A stretch of DNA of 64,000 nucleotides from Deltaproteobacteria bacterium (GTDB taxonomy: Bacteria; Desulfobacterota; JADFVX01). The position numbers and the translations under genes are program-made. The notes beneath the pieces are model-generated. The model ran no database searches and was not told the origin of the DNA. It worked only from the letters and a program-made list of their open reading frames with translations. The DNA lies in contig JAOUBX010000012.1 in NCBI GenBank assembly GCA_029860075.1, positions 3,654-67,653 of the forward strand, given 5' to 3'. Of the stretch, positions 57,265 through 64,000 are shown one piece after another; the stretch's first letter is position 1; each line of letters begins with the position of its first letter.

Positions 57265-58122
57265 TCAGGTAAAAATAATGGTACGGTTGTCGTAGACAAG
57301 CGTCTTTCTCTGTACATGATGCCATACTCCTCTTGAAAGAACGATCTTTTCAAGGTCCCGTCCCTTTCGGACCATGTCATCAACGGAATCGGTATGACTG
57401 ACTCTGGTAACATCCTGTTCTATTATAGGGCCTGCATCAAGCTCTGATGTGACGTAGTGACAGGTGGCGCCAATAACTTTAACGCCCCGTTCGTGGGCGG
57501 AGTGATAGGGTTTTGCGCCGGGAAAGGCGGGCAGGAATGAGTGATGAATGTTGATGATTTTATTCCTGTAGCAGTCCACAAAATCAGAGGAGAGTATTTG
57601 CATGTACCTTGCCAGCACGATAAAGTCTGCTTTATGCTTTTTTAGCAGTTCCAACTGCTCTTCTTCCCTCTTTTGTTTGTTTTTTGAATCCATGGGAATC
57701 GCGTAAAAATCAATGCCGAACTGGCAGGCAATTTCTTCAAGGTCTTTGTGGTTGCTTATAATGAGTGGGATATGGACTCGCAGTTCACCTGCTTTCCATC
57801 TTGAAAGGAGATCATAGAGGCAATGGGGGAGTTTTGACACGAAAATAGCCATTCGTGGAATATGGTGAGAGAAATAAAGGCGCCACTTCATGCTGAAGGG
57901 GGAAGCAATAAGGGTCTGGAAATAGTCACCTGTTTTTTCAGGAGGAATGGAAAAATCCTCAAGGGTCCATTCAATCCTCATAAAAAAGGTATTGTTGACA
58001 TCATCCACATGTTGATCGAGGTAGGTAATATTGCCGTTATTTTTATAAATAAACTCTGTAACCGATACAACAATACCTTTTGTATCGGGACAATGAATAA
58101 GAAGGATTGCCGAATTTTCCAT
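57265..58122 (-). CDS. purU: Formyltetrahydrofolate deformylase
   Basis: N-terminal ACT domain plus a formyltransferase domain (HHSFLPAF, the SLDAGPII-like block ELDAGPIIEQD). Confidence 0.85.
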   Translation of the reverse strand: MENSAILLIHCPDTKGIVVSVTEFIYKNNGNITYLDQHVDDVNNTFFMRIEWTLEDFSIPPEKTGDYFQTLIASPFSMKWRLYFSHHIPRMAIFVSKLPHCLYDLLSRWKAGELRVHIPLIISNHKDLEEIACQFGIDFYAIPMDSKNKQKREEEQLELLKKHKADFIVLARYMQILSSDFVDCYRNKIINIHHSFLPAFPGAKPYHSAHERGVKVIGATCHYVTSELDAGPIIEQDVTRVSHTDSVDDMVRKGRDLEKIVLSRGVWHHVQRKTLVYDNRTIIFT

Positions 58123-58341
58123 TTTTTCCTTTATAAAATTGGAGCGAAAGCCTTTTTACCAGTTTATATGTCCCTGTCTATTTGTCAACCTCTTTCAGCC
58201 GCTGAAAAGCGCTGATTCATTTTGTAAAGGGTCAATAATGATGCCGCTTTATTTGATTCCTTATCAAGTCATAAACAACTTGACCGATACAGGCAAACAT
58301 GGTACTTTCCAGAGTTCAATAACGCTGTCGGGAGGCTTGAG

Positions 58342-59196
58342 TTGAGTATTATCGGTGTAATCGGAGGAAGCGGCCTTTATGAAATTGAGGAACTCACTAA
58401 TGTAGAGGAGGTCTCCCTGGAGACGCCATTCGGACCTCCATCGGATAACTTTATTATTGGCGAATTGTCGGGTGTTAAAATGGTTTTTCTTCCGCGACAC
58501 GGCGGAGGGCACAGAATTACTCCCTCAGAGCTTAACTTCAGGGCCAATATATATGGTATGAAAAAGCTTGGCGTAGAAAGAATTATTTCCGTTAGCGCCG
58601 TCGGGAGCATGAAGGAAGAGATAGAGCCGGGCCATATTGTTATCCCGAACCAGTTTATTGACCTGACGAAAGGAAGAAAGTCTACCTTTTTTAGCGGCGG
58701 TGTCGTCGGTCACGTTACCTTTGCCGACCCTATTTGCGGAGAGCTTGGCAAGGCAGTCTATGATTCTGCTCTTGCCGTTGGCGCCAAAACACACTTTGGG
58801 GGGACCTACGTTTGTATCGAGGGACCGCAGTTTTCTACCCGGGCTGAATCGAGAGTATACAGGAGCTGGGATGTTGATGTTATCGGAATGACCAACGTTA
58901 CTGAGGCCAAACTGGCGAGAGAGGCAGAAATGTGTTATACCACCATTGCCCTGTCTACAGACTATGATTGCTGGCACGAAGAAGAAGAAGACGTCAGTGT
59001 TGAGGCCATTCTTGAAATTATAAAAAATAACGTAAACACAGCGAGAGCAATTATCAGGGAAACAGCCGGCAGGCTTTCCCCGGAGAGGGGCTGTCGCTGT
59101 GGTTCTGCACTTGAGTATGCCATTATCAGCGACAGATCACGTATTCCCGAAAATGTAAAAAAAGATCTTGAGATCATTATAGGTAAATACATATAA
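58342..59196 (+). CDS. mtnP: S-methyl-5'-thioadenosine phosphorylase
   Basis: TTG start preceded by a GGGAGG RBS. It has PNP/MTAP family blocks (IGVIGGSGLY, GMTNVTEAKLAREAE). Confidence 0.8.
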   Translation: MSIIGVIGGSGLYEIEELTNVEEVSLETPFGPPSDNFIIGELSGVKMVFLPRHGGGHRITPSELNFRANIYGMKKLGVERIISVSAVGSMKEEIEPGHIVIPNQFIDLTKGRKSTFFSGGVVGHVTFADPICGELGKAVYDSALAVGAKTHFGGTYVCIEGPQFSTRAESRVYRSWDVDVIGMTNVTEAKLAREAEMCYTTIALSTDYDCWHEEEEDVSVEAILEIIKNNVNTARAIIRETAGRLSPERGCRCGSALEYAIISDRSRIPENVKKDLEIIIGKYI

Positions 59197-59249
59197 CTTT
59201 GCGCGAGTAATTTTCAGATCTTTCCTCTTAACTTACCAAGGAATTAGAG

Positions 59250-60005
59250 ATGCCATCAAAATTAAGGATTGTTATTTTACTCTTGCTCATCCTTCCCGCT
59301 ATCTCATGTGTAACGTCAGTTAAAAACAGAAAATCTAAAGAAACGGATATTCATTATAATCTTGGTATATCCTATCTCAATGAGGGAAATAGAGTAAGGG
59401 CTTTAAAGGAACTTTTAAAGTCCGAAGAGCTCTCACCACAAAATAAGGCGGTGCAAAATGCGCTCGGTCTTGTTTATTTTGGCCTCGGGGAGATTGATAA
59501 AAGTTTGCTGCACTTTAATAAGGCGATTTCTATCGATCCGGAATATTCAGAAGCCTTTAATAATATGGGTGTTGTTTACCTGGAAAATAAGGATTACAAT
59601 AAGGCTGTTTCAGCATTTAACAGGGCTGTATCGAATGAGCAATATTCAACGCCTGAAAGGGCCTATAACAATATAGGATGGGTCTATTATCAGAAGAGAG
59701 ATTATGATAAGGCCATTTCGTTCTATGAAAAAGCACTCAAATTTGCACCGAACTTCCCTCTGCCCAGGTTCAATATTGGCCTCATCTATTTTGATAAAGG
59801 GCAGTATAGAAAAGCCGCTGTACAATTTAGAAATCTGGTAAATGATTTCCCTGCTTACGGACAGGCAAGGCTAAAGCTGGCCATGACTTATCTCCAGCTA
59901 AAGAAAAAAGGTCTTGCGCTGAAAGAATTTGAGATGCTTCTTGATGTATCCAATGATGAAGCGATAAAGCTTGAAGCAGATAAATATATAAATATTTTGA
60001 AGTAA
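59250..60005 (+). CDS. TPR-repeat lipoprotein (PilF/PilW-like size and architecture)
   Basis: Signal peptide with lipobox (LPAISC). About 6 TPR units in 251 aa. Confidence 0.65.
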   Translation: MPSKLRIVILLLLILPAISCVTSVKNRKSKETDIHYNLGISYLNEGNRVRALKELLKSEELSPQNKAVQNALGLVYFGLGEIDKSLLHFNKAISIDPEYSEAFNNMGVVYLENKDYNKAVSAFNRAVSNEQYSTPERAYNNIGWVYYQKRDYDKAISFYEKALKFAPNFPLPRFNIGLIYFDKGQYRKAAVQFRNLVNDFPAYGQARLKLAMTYLQLKKKGLALKEFEMLLDVSNDEAIKLEADKYINILK

Positions 60006-60066
60006 AGCGCCTTGCCTGGTATTTAGGTAAAAATTATAAATTTATAATCTGCCATATTCGGGAACA

Positions 60067-61113
60067 TTGCAGAAAATTCCTCTTCATTTTGGGTTTTGCT
60101 TTTCTCTTCTCATCCTTTTTTTTCCTCTAATTACAGAAGGACATGAGCCTCCTGTCACCTTTGTTGCCGTAGGTGACATTATGATGGGAAGGCATATTGG
60201 AAAATATATGAAAAAAAAGGGCGATCTTTACCCTTTTATGAACTTCATTACTCCCTTTCGGAAGGCAGATATTGTTTTTGCAAATCTGGAGTCCGTTCTC
60301 GGCGATAAAAGCGATAAGGAGTTTTTCCCAAAAAAGCCTTACAACTTTATTGCGCCCCTAAAGACTGCCGATACACTTAAAATGCTTGGATTCAATGTTT
60401 TAAGCATGGCCAACAATCACGCAATGGATTATGGACCATCACCGGTAACAAAAACGCGCAATATCCTCATTAAAAGAGGTATCTCCCCTTTCGGAGCAGG
60501 TAAAAACCTTGATGAGGCAAGAACACCTGCTATTAAAACAGTAAAAAATATCAAGTTTGGTTTTTTGGGTTATTCCAACGGACATTCCCATCTTGTCTAT
60601 GCTTCTAAAAAAAGAGCGGGCGCTGTTCCCTATAGACTGAAAATAATGCTGGAAGATATAAACTCTCTCAGGTCCAAAGTCGATATTCTTGTTGTATCAC
60701 TCCATTGGGGGGTGGAATATGAAAAATTTCCTACAAAGAAGCAGATAAAGGTAGCTCACCAGCTTATAGATGCAGGCGCAGATATTATCCTGGGACACCA
60801 TCCACATGTTATGCAGGGGATTGAATTTTATAAGGGAAAGCTGATAGTCTACAGCCTCGGCAATTTTCTTTTTGATCAGAAACATAAAGACACGCCGAGG
60901 AGCTTTATGCTTGTTATGAAATTCAAGAATAAAAAGCTTGCCAGGGCTTATGTTGAGCCACTTGACAGGTTTAATTCATTCTACCCGAAAATTGCCAGAG
61001 GCAAGCGTGGTGAGGAAATATTAAAAGAGCTTAGAAGGATATCGGAACCTCTCAATTCGAATCCACTTTTACTTGATCGGATTGGACTTAAAAGTGCAGG
61101 GAAGAAGAAGTGA
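60067..61113 (+). CDS. CapA/PgsA family metallophosphoesterase-like protein
   Basis: CapA blocks are present (VGDIMMGR, ANNHAMDYG, GHHPHV). Confidence 0.75.
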   Translation: MQKIPLHFGFCFSLLILFFPLITEGHEPPVTFVAVGDIMMGRHIGKYMKKKGDLYPFMNFITPFRKADIVFANLESVLGDKSDKEFFPKKPYNFIAPLKTADTLKMLGFNVLSMANNHAMDYGPSPVTKTRNILIKRGISPFGAGKNLDEARTPAIKTVKNIKFGFLGYSNGHSHLVYASKKRAGAVPYRLKIMLEDINSLRSKVDILVVSLHWGVEYEKFPTKKQIKVAHQLIDAGADIILGHHPHVMQGIEFYKGKLIVYSLGNFLFDQKHKDTPRSFMLVMKFKNKKLARAYVEPLDRFNSFYPKIARGKRGEEILKELRRISEPLNSNPLLLDRIGLKSAGKKK

Positions 61114-62267
61114 TTGATAAGGTCAAACTGCCTCACAGAGCATCAGAGATAACCCCCTTTCTCGTTATGGATATTCTCGAAAAGGCAAAAAAAATGGAAG
61201 CCGGCGGTGAAGATATTGTTCACCTTGAAGTTGGTGAACCTGATTTTGATACGCCTTTATCTGTGAGAGAAGCTGCAAAAGAGGCCATTGACAGAGGGCA
61301 AACAGGATATGCGCCTTCACTGGGTTTACCCGAACTAAGGGAAATCATTTCGGAAGATTATAACGCCCGCTATGGTGTCAACATTACATCTGAAAGGGTC
61401 ATTATCACTTCCGGGAGTTCACCGGCGCTACAGATGATATTTGCATCACTTATCAATGAAGGGGATGAAGTGATCATGTCCAACCCTCACTATGCCTGCT
61501 ATGAAAACTTTGTCAAATTTTTCGGTGGGCATGCCCGATTTGTGGATCTGGGAGAGAAAGAGGACTTCAGATTAAAGTCCCACGCTGTTTCAGGAAAAAT
61601 TTCTAAAAAGACGAGGGCCATCCTGGTGAATTCTCCTGCCAATCCGACAGGCGTCGTTCTTAGTGGATCAGAACTTGAGTCGATCTGCAATTTAAATGTC
61701 CCCGTCATTTCCGATGAGATTTACCATGGACTGACTTATGAGGGAGATGAACACTCTGTCCTTGAATTTTCAGATGACGCTTTTGTGGTCAACGGTTTTT
61801 CAAAGCGCTATGCCATGACCGGCTGGCGGCTCGGTTATGCCATTGTACCGCATGATTATATTCGTCCCCTTCAACGGCTTATTCAAAACTTTTTTATTTC
61901 AGCGCCCACCATCAGCCAGTGGGGGGGATTGGCTGCCCTTAAATATGCCGGGGAAGACCTTCAGTTAATGAAAGAGGAATTCAGGAAAAGACGTGATTAC
62001 ATTGTAGAGGGACTTGGAAAAATGGGCCTCAAATTGGGAGCCAGACCTGAAGGTGCATTCTACGTTTTGGTTAATGTGAAAGATTTTACAAATGATTCAC
62101 TATCCTTTTGCTATGACCTGCTTGATAAGGGGAAGGTGGCCCTTACTCCCGGCATCGATTTTGGCAGTGGCGGGGAAGGGTATGTAAGGCTCTCTTATGC
62201 CAATTCAATCGAGAGAATTGGGGAAGGCCTCCAGAGAATTGGTAAATATCTGGAAATGGTGAGCTAA
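61110..62267 (+). CDS. Pyridoxal-phosphate-dependent aminotransferase (class I, aspartate/aromatic aminotransferase-like)
   Basis: It carries the PLP-lysine block SKRYAMTGWRLGY. 385 aa. The start overlaps the capA stop. Confidence 0.8.
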   Translation: MIDKVKLPHRASEITPFLVMDILEKAKKMEAGGEDIVHLEVGEPDFDTPLSVREAAKEAIDRGQTGYAPSLGLPELREIISEDYNARYGVNITSERVIITSGSSPALQMIFASLINEGDEVIMSNPHYACYENFVKFFGGHARFVDLGEKEDFRLKSHAVSGKISKKTRAILVNSPANPTGVVLSGSELESICNLNVPVISDEIYHGLTYEGDEHSVLEFSDDAFVVNGFSKRYAMTGWRLGYAIVPHDYIRPLQRLIQNFFISAPTISQWGGLAALKYAGEDLQLMKEEFRKRRDYIVEGLGKMGLKLGARPEGAFYVLVNVKDFTNDSLSFCYDLLDKGKVALTPGIDFGSGGEGYVRLSYANSIERIGEGLQRIGKYLEMVS

Positions 62268-62809
62268 TGGATAAAAAAATACAAGATATTCTTTCTTTTT
62301 TTAGCTTAACAGGCCACCAACTTCTCTTATCCGGCATGAACAGTTCTCATAGTGGTAATTTAAGTGTCATAGATGGGGAGCATATTTATATTACACGTTC
62401 GGGGACAATGCTTGGTCACATTAATGACGGAGATATAATAAAAGCAGATTGTACTGACAGCAACCCACCGAAAGCATCCATGGAGTACCCCGTTCACAGG
62501 CAGATTTATATCGATACGGCTTTTAATGCCGTCATCCATTGCCATCCGCCCTATGCTACGGCACTTTCCCTCTCAAATGATGAAATTGAGCCTCTTGATA
62601 TGGAAGGAAAGCGTATCGTACAGCTTGTTCCTGTAGTAAGGGGAGAAGATAATATTCCTGACCTGGTAAGTGCTCAGTGTCAGAAGGGCCACAGGGGGGT
62701 AATGGTTAAAGGTCATGGTGTTTTTGTGGCTGCCGATAGTATGGAAGAGGCCCTGCATGTTGTTACTGCTATGGAAATGTCGGCAAAGATTATAAGTCTC
62801 AGCAGATAA
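62267..62809 (+). CDS. Class II aldolase/adducin-family protein (candidate methylthioribulose-1-phosphate dehydratase MtnB-like)
   Basis: Class II aldolase N-terminal block (GMNSSHSGNLSV) and His-rich metal-site residues. The start overlaps the previous stop. Confidence 0.6.
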   Translation: MDKKIQDILSFFSLTGHQLLLSGMNSSHSGNLSVIDGEHIYITRSGTMLGHINDGDIIKADCTDSNPPKASMEYPVHRQIYIDTAFNAVIHCHPPYATALSLSNDEIEPLDMEGKRIVQLVPVVRGEDNIPDLVSAQCQKGHRGVMVKGHGVFVAADSMEEALHVVTAMEMSAKIISLSR

Positions 62810-62819
62810 AAAGAAAAAA

Positions 62820-62855
62820 CCCCTTTCAGCATCATCACTGAAAGGGGTTTTAAAT
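62820..62855. terminator. Bidirectional rho-independent terminator between the aldolase gene (+) and ssb (-)
   Basis: cccctttcag / ctgaaagggg stem with an A-run upstream and a T-run downstream. Confidence 0.6.
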
Positions 62856-62873
62856 TATTACTTTGAATGAGTA

Positions 62874-63293
62874 CTAGAAGGGGATATCGTCATCCTCAAA
62901 ATCATCAGGACCACCTGAAGAAGCTGAATGTGAGTTGGAAGTGCCTCCCTGTGGAGCACCGCCTGCCTGACCGAGCATGGTCATATTGTTGGCGACAATT
63001 TCAGTGGTTTGCCTCTTGTTGCCGTCTTTATCTTCCCACTCCCTCGTCTGCAGTCTTCCTTCAATGTATACCTGTTTCCCTTTGGAAAGATACTCTCCGC
63101 AGATTTCGCCCAGTTTGCCCCAGGCCGTAATACGGTGCCATTCCGTCTTTTCTTCCTTGTTGCCATCTTTGCCTGTCCATCTTTCCGATGTGGCAAGGCT
63201 AAAAGATGCCACCGCCTGTCCGCTTTTTGTGTACCTTACCTCGGGGTCTCTTCCCAGGTTTCCTACCAGTATTACCTTGTTAACTCCAGCCAT
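62874..63293 (-). CDS. ssb: Single-stranded DNA-binding protein
   Basis: OB-fold N-terminus ([17 protein letters not shown]). The Gly-rich tail ends in the acidic DDDIPF. Confidence 0.9.
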   Translation of the reverse strand: MAGVNKVILVGNLGRDPEVRYTKSGQAVASFSLATSERWTGKDGNKEEKTEWHRITAWGKLGEICGEYLSKGKQVYIEGRLQTREWEDKDGNKRQTTEIVANNMTMLGQAGGAPQGGTSNSHSASSGGPDDFEDDDIPF

Positions 63294-63297
63294 AATA

Positions 63298-64000
63298 TTA
63301 AAACCCCAAACTTAGTTTTGCCGTATATGATGAAACTTCTGCTTGTTCATATTCAGCTAAAATTATAAAAAATCCCAGCGAAAGTCTCGCGCCTACAAAG
63401 TATTTTGTTTCGGTGATCTCCTCTTTGTCAAGGGCAAGGCTTGTGCCTTCAACTTTAATGTTACTTGAAGCGTCACTCTTGATCCATACCTGTCCCACAC
63501 CGGCATAAGGTGTAAGCATGGCAAATCCCTTGCTTATGGAAAGATCGACCCCTGTTGTGGTGAGATCAAGATCATCGATGCCGTCAAGCTTTGTGTATGT
63601 GCCTCTCAGAGCCAATGCGGGCTTTGCGATCCCGCCTTCCCATATGGCATATTTGATTTCAGCGCCTGTCAGTTTTATATCACTATCGGGAATCTTTGCA
63701 TAGGATGCCCCGATGTCTATGCCAAAGGGGAGCCCTTTTTGAACACGGACCTTGGGGATGGGAATGCTTCCCGGCATATCGGGAGCTACATCTTTCCAGT
63801 ATGAATCGCCTTCATCTATGTTTGTTGCTGTTACTTCAAGGCCTATATCAAATCCGGTAATTCCCAGTGGTTCAGCAGGTGCGGCGGCTTTGTAGGCAAC
63901 GGCAAGTCCTACCTGTCTGCTCAGATCTTCAAATTCACTTTGAGCAAGGTTGTTAGCTTGCAGAACAATATCACTATCTCCTGCAATTGCGGTATTTGTG
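63298..64000 (-). CDS. Putative outer-membrane beta-barrel protein. Partial: the 5' end lies beyond the window.
   Basis: Alternating amphipathic beta-strand pattern. The C-terminal residue is aromatic (…KLSLGF). The frame stays open to the window edge. Confidence 0.45.
   Translation of the reverse strand, partial: TNTAIAGDSDIVLQANNLAQSEFEDLSRQVGLAVAYKAAAPAEPLGITGFDIGLEVTATNIDEGDSYWKDVAPDMPGSIPIPKVRVQKGLPFGIDIGASYAKIPDSDIKLTGAEIKYAIWEGGIAKPALALRGTYTKLDGIDDLDLTTTGVDLSISKGFAMLTPYAGVGQVWIKSDASSNIKVEGTSLALDKEEITETKYFVGARLSLGFFIILAEYEQAEVSSYTAKLSLGF

Noticed and set aside
1-64000. CRISPR arrays, rRNA genes, integrase/transposase ORFs and prophage genes
   Set aside because: None were seen. The only interspersed repeat family recognised is the two-copy MITE-like element. 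The only RNA gene is tRNA-Leu(CAG).

Overview
This 64-kb window is a chromosomal segment from a moderate-GC, Gram-negative bacterium. The genes look deltaproteobacterial or Bacteroidota-like; that attribution is inference. All annotation below is by eye from the sequence and the supplied ORF track, without database searches.

Gene content in order along the window: (1) The 3' end of a cytochrome c gene, followed by ppiC and a convergent pckA. (2) A tripartite RND efflux operon (outer-membrane factor, membrane fusion protein, RND pump), preceded by a 27-aa hydrophobic peptide gene and a sigma70-like promoter with an extended -10. (3) A lipoprotein, a MepA-like murein endopeptidase and a hybrid sensor kinase/response regulator. 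Next to the kinase is a frameshifted, 5'-truncated remnant of a TupA-like tungstate-binding protein gene. (4) A Bacteroidetes-type V-type ATPase operon (E, DUF2764, A, B, D, I, K). Between atpB and atpD it carries a co-directional 3-gene glycosylation cassette: a GT-C ArnT/PMT-like transferase, a GT2 polyprenyl-phosphate sugar synthase, and a DUF288/STELLO-like putative glycosyltransferase. (5) A roughly 10.4-kb block bracketed by two copies of a 140-190 bp MITE-like element with ~19-22 bp terminal inverted repeats. The block encodes two MotA/TolQ/ExbB paralogues, one of which carries a C-terminal ExbD-like extension that lacks the conserved transmembrane Asp. It also encodes a canonical ExbD, an atypical Lys/Glu-rich bitopic transducer with a Cys-containing C-terminus, a 700-aa secreted unknown, a TPR lipoprotein, an S4-domain protein and an L,D-transpeptidase. 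(6) Three DnaA boxes (two of them perfect TTATCCACA) lie in a convergent, AT-rich, gene-free 300-bp spacer. (7) Then: a receiver-domain protein whose phospho-acceptor Asp is replaced by His, glutamate-cysteine ligase, DUF1015, a glycoside hydrolase fused to DUF547, ArfB, YwbE, a GIY-YIG protein, a thioesterase and two GGDEF proteins. (8) A GH13 C-terminal remnant sits beside tRNA-Leu(CAG), followed by rnr, a ubiB-like kinase, rlmN, purU, mtnP, capA, an aminotransferase, a class II aldolase, ssb and a partial outer-membrane protein.

The most interesting candidates are the glycosyltransferase cassette embedded in the V-ATPase operon, the MITE-bracketed atypical Exb-type motor cluster, and the DnaA-box cluster.
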